A DNA stretch of 64,000 nucleotides from a virus (lineage: Duplodnaviria; Heunggongvirae; Uroviricota; Caudoviricetes): the IMG/VR virus record IMGVR_UViG_3300027770_000046. The stretch is one strand, 5' to 3'. Every line of letters begins with the position of its first letter. Position 1 is the first letter of the stretch. Shown in pieces: positions 54,805-64,000 of the stretch. The notes under the pieces were generated by a model. The model ran no database searches. It was given only the letters and a program-made list of their open reading frames with translations, and was not told the DNA's origin. Position numbers and translations under genes: made by a program.

Positions 54805-57800
54805 ATGAAAGACCAAATGTTAAAGATGGCTAAAGTTAAATCTGAGAAGGAGTTCTATAAGAAGTATCCATCAGAGGAAGCATTTATGAAAGCTCATGGT
54901 AAAGCATTTAAGAAAGCTGCTATGGGTAAGTCTATGGTAAATAAACAGTTACACCAACTTACAGACTTTGGCAATCCTCCTATTGCTGAAGTTGGAGCCA
55001 CTACACCACCAAAGTTTGAATTTACTAAACCAGAGAGTTTTGGTGCTGGTGCAGAAACAGCAGGTATGAGTGCTCTTCAGAACGTAGATAAGATTATTGG
55101 TGGTATAGAAGCAATAGGTCAACAAAAGAAAGCAATTAAAAAAGCTGATCAAAGTTCTCAACTATCAGGACTTGCTAACCAAGCTGCAGGTACAAGAGAA
55201 AAAGTTGAGCGTAAGTATGTAAGACCAGAAGATGCTTTGGTACAACCTGGACAATTAGGTAATCCTTATGGTACAGGTACAAACTATTTAGCAGCTCAGA
55301 ATGGTACAATGATTGGTGGCAATCCTACAGAGATTCAAAATACATATACTCCTGGAGATTTGTATTCAGATCTTGGATATGAACCAATGGAAAAAGCATA
55401 CAAACAATATCAAGAAGGTGGTAAACTTCTTTCTAGAGATAAAATTAATGTTGATTCTTATGGTAATCGAGGAACTGCATTTAGAGATATATATCAAAAT
55501 CCTAATATGACAAGGGATACAACTTATGCTTATGATAGTCCAAATGCTATGTTAAGATATAATACTAATCATGGTAATCCTAATGCATATGTAGGAGGAA
55601 GAGGTGGATTTACATCAGCTCAACCAGACTCATTAGCTAAGTATAAACAATTATTAAGTTCACCATTTAATAATGATGACTCTGGTAATATGAAGAGATT
55701 GGTAAGTGGTAAATATGAAGATGGTGGTGATTTACCTAAAGCAGAGTTTGGAGAATACTTCCAAGATTCTGGTCAAGCACAAATAGGCAGTGCTGTAGGA
55801 GAATCTATTGGTTCTGCCTTTGGTCCTGCAGGAGCTATGGTTGGTAAATATGCTGGTAAGGTCATAGGTAATCTAGCAGGTGGTGTTAAAGATGCTAGAA
55901 AACTACAAAAGTATAAAGATGAAACTGCTATGAATTCTCAACAAGCAGCATGGCAAAATCAATTACAAAGTGGTCAGTTTAGTAAGTCTATGGAACATGG
56001 TGGATATATGAATCCTGAATACAATCCACAAGTGATTGCTAAGTTTGGTGATTATAATGTTAAAGATCTTTTACAACCTCCACATGATGCAGATATGTTA
56101 AGAAGTGGTGGTCATCTTGCACAAGTGGGTTATACAGCTCCTAGTGCAGAAGCAATGTTCACTGGCAGACCAAACATGCCTTATGCTGAATATGGTACAC
56201 AGATGGCTATGGGTGGTGAGTTAGAAGTGGGAGATGGTGGACGTCTTGAAACTTTGTCATACAATCCTAATTTGCCAGGTGGTGAAATAGGAATGTTCAG
56301 AGGAGCGTCTCATGACAATGGTGGTATCAAAACTAAGTATGGTGAGAATGAAGTGGAAGTAGAAGGTGGTGAACCAGCTGTTAAATTACAAGATGGTGGT
56401 TCTGCAGAGAATCTTGTTGTATTTGGTAATATTAAAATTAATAAAGAAATAGCAGATCTTATGGGAGATCCAAAAGCAAAAGGTAAGAAGTTTAAAACAT
56501 ACATAGCTGATATAGCTAAGAATGATGCAAAACAATTAAAGACTATTCAAAAAGGACTTGATTTAGTTGAGGAGTATAATGGAAATAGTTCATATGATAA
56601 ATTAGGAATGAATTCTGGTATGGCTAATCTTATGGGTGCAAAAGCACAGCAAAAGATTAATGCTGAGAAGATTAAGGAAGCAAGTATTGTACAAGATGCT
56701 ATTCATCAAACAGCTAGACAACTAGGTGCAAAGAGTGACAAGTTGGCTGAAGGTAAGATTGAGAAGGAAACAGATCCAAGTATGGTAGCTAAATTTGGTA
56801 CTAATATGGATATTGCACAACGTGGTATTAAAGCTCCTTTATTTGGAAGAATGTTAGGAGTGCAAGATAGACCTGCATATTACAATGAAGTATTACAAAA
56901 TCAATTAATGAATGCTGGTATGCCTACTAAAGATCCTGAAGTTACACCATTTACAAAAGCAAATATGCTAGCTCAAGGATTTAAAGACACTACTGATAAA
57001 CCTGTAGCTAGTAAATCTTCTTCAGCTAAAGGAAAAGGAAAAGGAAAAGAAAAAGGTCAAGATAAAGGTCAAGTGTATGTTCCACCAACTGCAGTTAACT
57101 TAACAGATGGTCGTCAAGGTAACTATGAATGGACTAATCCACAATCTCTTCCTAATGCTAGTACTGCTGTAGCACCTGCCTATGATTCATTTCCTCAATC
57201 TTCTAATATTACAGGAGTAGATATATTTGGTAATTACACAGGTCCACAAGAGACGTTTGCTGATGAGCCAGGTGGTAATTCTAAAAAACGTTTTGACTGG
57301 AATAAAGCAGGAAATATAGGAGCAGCACTTCTATCTAATTTAGATTCTTATTTAAGACCTAGCAATGCTAATGATGACTTACCTCCAGATCAACTATATC
57401 CTGAATACTTTGCATTGGCTACCAATCAGTTAGATCCTGTACAGGCTCAGACATATCAACCAATGTTAGATACTCCATATGACATTTCTTTGAATGATCA
57501 AATTAATGCTATTGATTCTCAGGCTAGATCTGCTATTAGAGCAGGTGGTAATAACCCTGCTGCTCAGTCAATGATTATGGCCCAAGCAATAGAAGCTAAG
57601 AATAAAGTGCTAGGAGAACAAACTAGAATCAACCAAACAAACAAAATGCAAACCTATTCTAAGAATAGAGATTTGTTAAATGATGCTCAGTTGAAAAACT
57701 TACAAATCCTTGATCAACAATATGTTAGACAGGCCCAAGCTAAATCTAACACTAAACAACAATCCCTTGCTGCATTAAGTTCCATAGCTGCTAAGACTGC

Positions 57801-58128
57801 ACAACAAAGAGCTACCAATAGAAAGCTAGCTATTATGGAAAACATGTATGGATTTAGATTCTCTCCAAGTGGTAGAGCTATTAATATGAATGCTCCTGCT
57901 CAATTCAATATGTCAGGAAATCCATTTGGTGGAAGTACAGGCAGAGGATTAGCTCCTAACAGAGCATTTACCTATGATGACCAACAGCAAATTGTAGGTA
58001 CTATGGCAGTACCTAAATCTAAACAACTTTCTATGGATGATTTTGAGGGAGACTTTAAAAATGGTGGAAAGAAATCAAAGACAAAAGCTAGAAATAGCTC
58101 AATTGTAAAAGCATTAAAAAACCTCTAA
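54805..58128 (+). CDS. large low-complexity virion protein (cargo/ejection-like, 1107 aa)
   Basis: Gly-rich with recurrent (Q/E/D)(E/D)GG motifs (YQEGGKLL, YEDGGDL, LQDGGSAENL, MAMGGELEVGDGG). KGKGKGKEKGQDKGQ low-complexity segment. Confidence 0.5.
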   Translation: MKDQMLKMAKVKSEKEFYKKYPSEEAFMKAHGKAFKKAAMGKSMVNKQLHQLTDFGNPPIAEVGATTPPKFEFTKPESFGAGAETAGMSALQNVDKIIGGIEAIGQQKKAIKKADQSSQLSGLANQAAGTREKVERKYVRPEDALVQPGQLGNPYGTGTNYLAAQNGTMIGGNPTEIQNTYTPGDLYSDLGYEPMEKAYKQYQEGGKLLSRDKINVDSYGNRGTAFRDIYQNPNMTRDTTYAYDSPNAMLRYNTNHGNPNAYVGGRGGFTSAQPDSLAKYKQLLSSPFNNDDSGNMKRLVSGKYEDGGDLPKAEFGEYFQDSGQAQIGSAVGESIGSAFGPAGAMVGKYAGKVIGNLAGGVKDARKLQKYKDETAMNSQQAAWQNQLQSGQFSKSMEHGGYMNPEYNPQVIAKFGDYNVKDLLQPPHDADMLRSGGHLAQVGYTAPSAEAMFTGRPNMPYAEYGTQMAMGGELEVGDGGRLETLSYNPNLPGGEIGMFRGASHDNGGIKTKYGENEVEVEGGEPAVKLQDGGSAENLVVFGNIKINKEIADLMGDPKAKGKKFKTYIADIAKNDAKQLKTIQKGLDLVEEYNGNSSYDKLGMNSGMANLMGAKAQQKINAEKIKEASIVQDAIHQTARQLGAKSDKLAEGKIEKETDPSMVAKFGTNMDIAQRGIKAPLFGRMLGVQDRPAYYNEVLQNQLMNAGMPTKDPEVTPFTKANMLAQGFKDTTDKPVASKSSSAKGKGKGKEKGQDKGQVYVPPTAVNLTDGRQGNYEWTNPQSLPNASTAVAPAYDSFPQSSNITGVDIFGNYTGPQETFADEPGGNSKKRFDWNKAGNIGAALLSNLDSYLRPSNANDDLPPDQLYPEYFALATNQLDPVQAQTYQPMLDTPYDISLNDQINAIDSQARSAIRAGGNNPAAQSMIMAQAIEAKNKVLGEQTRINQTNKMQTYSKNRDLLNDAQLKNLQILDQQYVRQAQAKSNTKQQSLAALSSIAAKTAQQRATNRKLAIMENMYGFRFSPSGRAINMNAPAQFNMSGNPFGGSTGRGLAPNRAFTYDDQQQIVGTMAVPKSKQLSMDDFEGDFKNGGKKSKTKARNSSIVKALKNL

Positions 58129-58204
58129 CTAATTAAGTTATAGTGAATTACTAAAATTTGTTATAGCTCTTGGTAATTCTAATATTTTAAATTAATTTTG
58201 TATT

Positions 58205-61060
58205 ATGGCATCGTTTACAGATCAAATATCACAGTTTAACCCCTACATCCAAGAACTCCCAGTTCAGGAGATGGTTCAGGTTGGTATGGCTAAGCAAGCC
58301 CAATACAACCAAGGTGTGCAAAAAATCCAAAGTTATATTGATAGGATTGCTGGAATGGATATTATTAAAAATGTTGATAGACAACATTTACAGTCAAAGC
58401 TAAATGAATTAGGTAGTAGATTAAAGACTGTGGCAGCAGGAGACTTCTCTAACCAACAACTAGTTAATTCTGTTGCTGGCATGACAGGTCAAATTGCCAA
58501 AGATGAAACTATTCAAAATTCTGTTTATTCTACAGCTCATTACAAAAAGGAAATGGCTAGGTTACAGAAAGATGTAGATGCAGGAAAATCTAGTCCTGAT
58601 AATATTACAAACTTTCAAAAGAAAGCCAATACTTGGTTAAGTAGTACAACTCCAGGAGAAAAATTCAATGGTTCATATACACCATACTTTGATGTAAGTA
58701 AGTTTGCAAAAGATCAATTTGACGCTGTAAAGCCTAGAGGATGGTCTTCTGACAAGATATTTGAATATGACTCAGATGGTAATCAAAAGTTTAATATTGT
58801 AAAAGACAAAAAAGGAAACATTATTGAAAAGACTCCTGTATTGTCTCCTTATATGATTAGAGAAGAAAGGGAAGGTAGGCTTCCTGAAGAGGTCAAAGCT
58901 ACAATCAATACAATCTTTTCTGATCCTAGAGTTAGACAACAGTTACAAATTACAGGAGAATACAATCTTGCTGGTGTAAATGAAGAAGGTTTAGTTGCAT
59001 TAATTAATGGACAAAGAGACAACAACTTAATAGCATATGAAGATTTAATTAATGAATTAAATTTAAGAAAAAACTTAGAAAAGGATGAAAATAACAAGAA
59101 ACTAATAGATGAAAGAATAGAACAAGTTTCAGGGAAAATGAAAGATGTTACAAAAACTTATGCAGAGTATGCTCAAGAAGCTATGTCAAATCCAGATGCT
59201 ATTAGAGGAAAGATATACTCTGAAAGTATGACTAATAATCTTACACAAATGTATGGAAGTGTTACAAAATCTACAAAGGTAGAGAACAGTGCTGCTTATG
59301 ACATGAGATTTAAAGAAATTCAAGAAGCTACTAGAATTGCCCAGTTTAATGCAAACTTAAAAAAGGACTATTATTCTTTAGCACAAACAGTTACTGAAAA
59401 TGAAAAGAATAGAGCTGCAGCAAAAGAATTAAAACTAATGGACCTATCAGCAAAAGGTAAAGATAAAGGTGCTGGTGTAGGAGGTAATCGACTAGATAAT
59501 ATTTGGGAACGTGGAGATACTCCATCAGATATGGATATAGTGGGTGACTTTAAAAATAAAATTACAGGAGCTGCAGATAAGATGTTAGCTTCTGGGTATG
59601 ATTTAGTTTGGAATAGTGTAATTGGTACACTTCCTCAAAACATAAATACTTTAGAAAAATTAATGAACACTGGTAAAACTAGACCAGAAGCTATTAAAAT
59701 AATAGTAGATAATACTGCAAAAAAAGCAAGACAAACACCTGATGAATTTTTAAATTACTGGACCAGTAGAACTATAGATAAAGTTAATGCTACAGGTAAA
59801 GTTGATCCAAATATACAAGATGCATACAGTGTTTATAAACGTGCTCAAAAAGACTTTTCTGATTTTAATAATCAAAACAAATCATATGATGATGAAGTGA
59901 GTAAAGAAGTTGGTGATAGTATTGTTGATAAGATAAATAAGTTAGACATTAAGCCTATACCAGTTAAATATAAAGGTAAAGATTTTGAAGTGAGTAAAGA
60001 AGACCTATCTGACTTAGCTATTTATATGAGAGGCTATCAAAGTTTAGGTGGTATATTTGAAGGCACTGAAAAAAATAAACAAACTAAACAAGCTGAACAA
60101 AGACTTATTAGTAAAGGTAAAGAATTTTTATTAGAATCAGGAGTAGATCTTTTTGCAGGAGGTCCTTCATCAAGACTAGTTAGAATGTTTAAGGTTGCTG
60201 GTAAATCCATACCACAATTGTTTGGTAGTGAGTCTCCTTATATTCAAGATGAAAAAGGTAATCCTATTAAATCAGGAAGAGAGGGATATGAAAATAGTAG
60301 ATTTGGTAAATCTCTTAAGCAAGTGTATGATATTGTTGGTACAGAAGATGGGGAAAAAGCTTTGGTTGCCAAAGCAGCTCTTATAAAAAACAAAGGGTTT
60401 ACAACTCCAAATCTTAAGAGCAACATGTTAACAGGAGAAGCTAAAGTAGATCAACAAACTTTAAACTCTCTTAGAAACTATGCAAGTGAATATAGTACAA
60501 AGGGTAACAACCTTGCTGGAGCTAATGAAATTAAAAACATTCTTTCTGCACTTGGTGGAGATGTAAAAGATCTTTCAATTGAAGGACGTATTATAAAAGG
60601 TTCAAGTGGTGAACCTGTTACAAGTGTAAGAGTTAGAAACTTTGCAACTAATACAGAAGGAACTATGATACTTCCAAATGATGAGGCATTTAATGTAGGT
60701 ATAGATGTATCAACAGCCTATGAGCCTGAGTTGATTACAAACATAAGAAACAAGATTAAATTTTCAACATCATCTGCTACATCTGCAGGACCTGCAAATA
60801 ATATAAATACATATGTAACTGGAGATACCTATTTTGATGGTGTGGAAGATTTCCCTCTACTTAAAGGTTCTCCATTTGATGCCAAAGGAAATATACTACA
60901 ATCTGATGCAACTGGATTATATTATGGATATATCTATGGTAAAAATAAAGTTACTGGAAAACAAGGATTAGAATCTACAGATGGTTTTGATAATTTATCA
61001 GACTTAGTAGGAAGAATGAAAACAATTAATCCACAGTTCATTCAAAACTTTGTAAAATAA
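58205..61060 (+). CDS. large virion protein (cargo/ejection-like, 951 aa)
   Basis: ORF in the late operon. Lys/Asn-rich, no recognisable catalytic motif. Confidence 0.5.
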   Translation: MASFTDQISQFNPYIQELPVQEMVQVGMAKQAQYNQGVQKIQSYIDRIAGMDIIKNVDRQHLQSKLNELGSRLKTVAAGDFSNQQLVNSVAGMTGQIAKDETIQNSVYSTAHYKKEMARLQKDVDAGKSSPDNITNFQKKANTWLSSTTPGEKFNGSYTPYFDVSKFAKDQFDAVKPRGWSSDKIFEYDSDGNQKFNIVKDKKGNIIEKTPVLSPYMIREEREGRLPEEVKATINTIFSDPRVRQQLQITGEYNLAGVNEEGLVALINGQRDNNLIAYEDLINELNLRKNLEKDENNKKLIDERIEQVSGKMKDVTKTYAEYAQEAMSNPDAIRGKIYSESMTNNLTQMYGSVTKSTKVENSAAYDMRFKEIQEATRIAQFNANLKKDYYSLAQTVTENEKNRAAAKELKLMDLSAKGKDKGAGVGGNRLDNIWERGDTPSDMDIVGDFKNKITGAADKMLASGYDLVWNSVIGTLPQNINTLEKLMNTGKTRPEAIKIIVDNTAKKARQTPDEFLNYWTSRTIDKVNATGKVDPNIQDAYSVYKRAQKDFSDFNNQNKSYDDEVSKEVGDSIVDKINKLDIKPIPVKYKGKDFEVSKEDLSDLAIYMRGYQSLGGIFEGTEKNKQTKQAEQRLISKGKEFLLESGVDLFAGGPSSRLVRMFKVAGKSIPQLFGSESPYIQDEKGNPIKSGREGYENSRFGKSLKQVYDIVGTEDGEKALVAKAALIKNKGFTTPNLKSNMLTGEAKVDQQTLNSLRNYASEYSTKGNNLAGANEIKNILSALGGDVKDLSIEGRIIKGSSGEPVTSVRVRNFATNTEGTMILPNDEAFNVGIDVSTAYEPELITNIRNKIKFSTSSATSAGPANNINTYVTGDTYFDGVEDFPLLKGSPFDAKGNILQSDATGLYYGYIYGKNKVTGKQGLESTDGFDNLSDLVGRMKTINPQFIQNFVK

Positions 61061-61066
61061 TAAGTA

Positions 61067-64000
61067 ATGCCAGACGAACAAGAACTTAATTTAGGAGGTG
61101 TAATTTCAGGATCTCCAGCACAGGCAAAGGTCTATCAAGGACCAGATATCCCTATTAGGAATAGTCAGGTTGCTGGAACTAATATGTCTTTTCAAGACAT
61201 GTTTAGAGCAATGACTTACAATGCTAATGCTGATACTGGTGGTGGACGTAAGTCTGCAGAAGCTGTGCCTTTGTCTTCTTTATATACAGGTTCAAGATAT
61301 GCTAGCAGTAGACCTTATGAAGAACCAATGTTGGAAGAGATGTATGCTAAGAATCAGAGTGGTGTATCTCAGCTTATCAATGGATCTTTGAAAATGGCAG
61401 GTACTTTTTCAGCAGCTCTTGCTGGAGGTACTGCAGGTTTATTATATGGAATAAAGGACTTTCGTAACACTGGTAAGTTTTCTTCATTGTTTAACAATGA
61501 TGCAACTAGAATGGCTGATGATTTTTCAAAGAAATTAGAAGATGTTCTTCCAAACTACATGAGTCAAAATGAAAAAGATGCTGACTGGTGGTCTCCTGAT
61601 TACTTATTAACTCCTAACTTTGTTGCTGATGGACTTCTTAAAAACTTAGGATATACATATGGTTCAATAGCTGGTGGTAAGATGTGGGTCAAAGCTTTAA
61701 ACTCTGTAGGTATAATTGATAAGTTAGTAAAGGTTGGTAAAGGATTAGAAGCTGCTGTTGCTATAGAAAGATCAATGGCTACTGTTCCTAAATTACAAAG
61801 AGCTGCAGCATTTGAGAATACATTAAACTCTCTTGCTCAAACATATCTAAAAACTCCAGCATCAAGTATATTAAAGAACTCTGATAGAATCTTAACTTCT
61901 GTAACTGGTATGTATGGAGAAGCTGGTTTAGAATCTTTAAACAGTTCTAATGAGTTTAGAAAAACTGCAATTGAAGAATATATAAATACATATGGTGAAA
62001 CTCCTACAGGACAAGCACTTGAAAAGATTGAAAATTACACAAATGAGTTGGGTAAGTTTACGTGGGGATTTAATGCATTGGTATTATCTGGTTCAAACTA
62101 CATTCAACTTCCTAAGATGTTAAACTCTTCTAGAAGAGCAGACAAAGCATTAATTAATGATGTTACACAAAAAACATTAGGGAGTGCATTTGCAGAAGTT
62201 GCTCCTAAGACACTAGTACAAAAAGCACTTTCTAAAACTAATACTGTTCTTGGTTTAATGTTACCAGAGGGTATTGAAGAAGGTACACAATTTGCTATAC
62301 AAACTGGTGTAAATGATTACTTTAATAGAGCACGTAGAAATCAAGCTGACACTAAAGACTTTTTAGAGAATTTGAATGGAGCATTAGGTAATGTATTCTC
62401 ATATGGTATTAATGAAACACTTCATACCAAAGAAGGTATGTCAAATGTTATATTAGGTGCATTGTCTGGAGGAATTCAGCAATCTGGTATTATAGGTATG
62501 TACCAAAATAAAGAAGGTAAAACTAGAGTTGGCTTTGGTAAGACTGGTGCAATTGCTGAAAGTCGTGAGAGAGCAACTAACACAGATTTTGCAATAGGTA
62601 AATTAAACATAACAAACATAAATAATACATTAGCTGATCAAGCTAAGTATATTGGTATTGCAATTGGTTCTCAAAAAGGAAGAATTGCATCTATAGAAGC
62701 TGGAGATGTTGTTGGAGAAAAGAACTTTGAAAATGACTATGCTTTATCTTATGTTATGCCAAGGGTTAAATATGGCAAAACACAAACCATTTATAATGAG
62801 CTAGATTACTATGCTTCTCAAGCAACTACAGAAGAAGGTTTTCAAGAACTTGTATCTGAAGGTATAGCCAATAGTAATGAAAAGAAAGAAGACTTTTTAG
62901 CAAGAATAAGTAATTTAAGAGAAATAACTAAAAAAGTTGATAATACATATGATCTACTTAATGATAGATATTCTAATGAGTTAAACCCTCAAGGTAAAAA
63001 GAATTACACAGATGATGTAATTGAGAAGATGGTTTATGCCACTGCTAAGGTTTCTAACTATGATATGCGTATTCCTGAGGTTAATGATAACTTAATTAAG
63101 AATGGCATTGTAACAACTGACATTTTAGAAAGTATTATTGCAAGTAATAAGCCAAACAGAGAAGCAACAGCAGAAGCTGTTAAACAAATCAATGAGTTAA
63201 AGATCAATGATTTACCTGCTTTGTCTGAAGTTAAGGTGGGATTAAAAAAAGAGTTAGCTGACTTGATTAGATTATCAATGGAGAGAAAAGACTTTATTGA
63301 TGAGTATGATGCTATGAGATCTAGTCCTGAAAGCTTTATAACACCTTCATCCTTTGAGTTTGGAGAGGCTGATGAAGTTCCAGTTACTGTTGAACAAGAA
63401 GAAGGAAATAAAAAGAAGACCATCACTGAAAAGAAATTAAAGGTGGGTGAGGAATATTCTTTATCTGAACCAATTAGAAAAGAAGGAAACAGATTAATTG
63501 TTGGTCCTAAGATTACTGTATTGTCACAAACTTTAGGTGGTGAATATGAAGTGAAGCTTCCAAATGGTGAGATAGATTTCATGACTCCTGAAGAGTTCAA
63601 ACAGTTTAATATTTCTGATATAGATAGCATGGATGTTGAAATAACTGATGCTATAGATACTGCAATTGATAAATTGTTAAAGAGTAAAAAGTATTCTGAT
63701 ATTTCTATTCCTGAAGGAGAGAACAAGTTAGACTACATCAACTCTTTAAATAATACACAATTAGTTGATGATATCATTAAGGATGTTGAGAAACAAACTA
63801 AAGACTACATCAAACAAAAACAAGAAGAGGAAAACATATTAAAGGATGAAACATTAGAACAAGAACTACTTGACACCTTAGATACTACTAACTTATTTAC
63901 TAGAAGTAATGACCAAGGAGAGTTCGAAGCAAATAGTAAAAAGTCTGGAGAGATAGCTATTGGTGCATCTGTTCCAAGCAAGAAGATACCTGGGTACGAA
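61067..64000 (+). CDS. very large virion protein, truncated by the window end (at least 978 aa)
   Basis: ATG at 61067 and an open frame to the end of the window. Gly-rich hydrophobic segment AGTFSAALAGGTAGLLYG about 100 aa in, transmembrane-like as in phage ejection proteins. The minus-strand ORF 63058-63726 is its antisense artefact. Confidence 0.5.
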   Translation, partial: MPDEQELNLGGVISGSPAQAKVYQGPDIPIRNSQVAGTNMSFQDMFRAMTYNANADTGGGRKSAEAVPLSSLYTGSRYASSRPYEEPMLEEMYAKNQSGVSQLINGSLKMAGTFSAALAGGTAGLLYGIKDFRNTGKFSSLFNNDATRMADDFSKKLEDVLPNYMSQNEKDADWWSPDYLLTPNFVADGLLKNLGYTYGSIAGGKMWVKALNSVGIIDKLVKVGKGLEAAVAIERSMATVPKLQRAAAFENTLNSLAQTYLKTPASSILKNSDRILTSVTGMYGEAGLESLNSSNEFRKTAIEEYINTYGETPTGQALEKIENYTNELGKFTWGFNALVLSGSNYIQLPKMLNSSRRADKALINDVTQKTLGSAFAEVAPKTLVQKALSKTNTVLGLMLPEGIEEGTQFAIQTGVNDYFNRARRNQADTKDFLENLNGALGNVFSYGINETLHTKEGMSNVILGALSGGIQQSGIIGMYQNKEGKTRVGFGKTGAIAESRERATNTDFAIGKLNITNINNTLADQAKYIGIAIGSQKGRIASIEAGDVVGEKNFENDYALSYVMPRVKYGKTQTIYNELDYYASQATTEEGFQELVSEGIANSNEKKEDFLARISNLREITKKVDNTYDLLNDRYSNELNPQGKKNYTDDVIEKMVYATAKVSNYDMRIPEVNDNLIKNGIVTTDILESIIASNKPNREATAEAVKQINELKINDLPALSEVKVGLKKELADLIRLSMERKDFIDEYDAMRSSPESFITPSSFEFGEADEVPVTVEQEEGNKKKTITEKKLKVGEEYSLSEPIRKEGNRLIVGPKITVLSQTLGGEYEVKLPNGEIDFMTPEEFKQFNISDIDSMDVEITDAIDTAIDKLLKSKKYSDISIPEGENKLDYINSLNNTQLVDDIIKDVEKQTKDYIKQKQEEENILKDETLEQELLDTLDTTNLFTRSNDQGEFEANSKKSGEIAIGASVPSKKIPGYE

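Noticed and set aside
63058-63726. 222 aa minus-strand ORF near the window end, and similar antisense ORFs (for example 25290-25601, 26269-26484, 26715-26924, 29596-29802, 30618-30821, 33100-33330, 35578-35775, 38112-38315, 44583-44801, 46348-46593, 49663-49893, 49951-50154, 51022-51378, 52222-52515, 52638-53156, 54949-55161, 56310-56504, 58849-59097, 60244-60426)
   Set aside because: They are antisense to long plus-strand structural genes in a strictly unidirectional late arm. The Ser/Leu/Phe-rich translations are typical of artefacts.
45067-64000. Virion-packaged multisubunit-like RNA polymerase (crAss/N4-type) within the giant proteins
   Set aside because: I scanned the 2043 aa protein, the three complete cargo-like proteins and the visible part of the truncated ORF for DxDGD-type catalytic loops and found none. 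The RNAP, if present, is probably encoded beyond position 64000.

Overview
This 64 kb window reads as a contiguous stretch of a tailed dsDNA phage genome with two divergent arms. It is AT-rich and has no rRNA, tRNA, CRISPR array, integrase or transposase that I can see. Several features fit a crAss-like (Crassvirales-type) phage of a Bacteroidota host: a family B polymerase, a split primase and DnaB-like helicase, a UDG, an HU/IHF-like gene at the head of the virion module, TerL followed by a large portal and a ~500 aa capsid protein, a long fibre cluster, and a run of giant low-complexity cargo-like proteins. This assignment is inference and needs a database search.

Minus-strand arm (positions 1 to ~22300), replication and DNA-metabolism genes:
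- a RecB-family PD-(D/E)XK nuclease and an HNH endonuclease;
- an Hsp90-like GHKL ATPase followed by a protein with DnaJ-type CxxCxGxG zinc-finger motifs;
- uracil-DNA glycosylase;
- a DnaG-like primase with a degenerate zinc finger;
- a putative SSB next to a Sak4/AAA_24-like ATPase;
- an SF2 DExH helicase and a DnaB-like helicase;
- a phi29-sized family B DNA polymerase;
- many small ORFs and several intrinsic-terminator hairpins.

Strand-switch region (about 22300-22723): roughly 420 bp, non-coding, packed with perfect palindromes, inverted repeats and G7/C5 homopolymer tracts in an otherwise AT-rich genome. It is probably a divergent promoter/operator region and possibly an origin of replication.

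Plus-strand arm (22724 to the window end), the virion module:
- a small membrane protein, an HU/IHF-like protein and a Cys-rich zinc-finger protein;
- large terminase, portal, an SPFH/band-7 domain protein, an acidic scaffold-like protein and the putative major capsid protein;
- a block of structural and fibre genes, including a tail-collar-domain fibre and a collagen-like fibre with a C-terminal S74-type intramolecular chaperone domain;
- a metallophosphoesterase-like protein, a ~2000 aa giant tail protein with Cys-rich tandem modules and poly-Thr linkers, and four very large low-complexity cargo/ejection-like proteins, the last of which is truncated by the window end.

The observations most worth a second look are:
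- the phage-borne Hsp90-like ATPase plus zinc-finger pair;
- the SPFH protein in the head module;
- the palindrome- and G-tract-rich switch region;
- a conserved ~35 nt 5' leader upstream of three late genes;
- paralogous micro-ORFs flanked by a DNA repeat;
- a 48 aa Cys-rich micro-ORF;
- a recurrent GGWL(D/N)KY motif at the termini of a cargo protein.

All long genes read through in the standard code; I saw no stop-codon reassignment.
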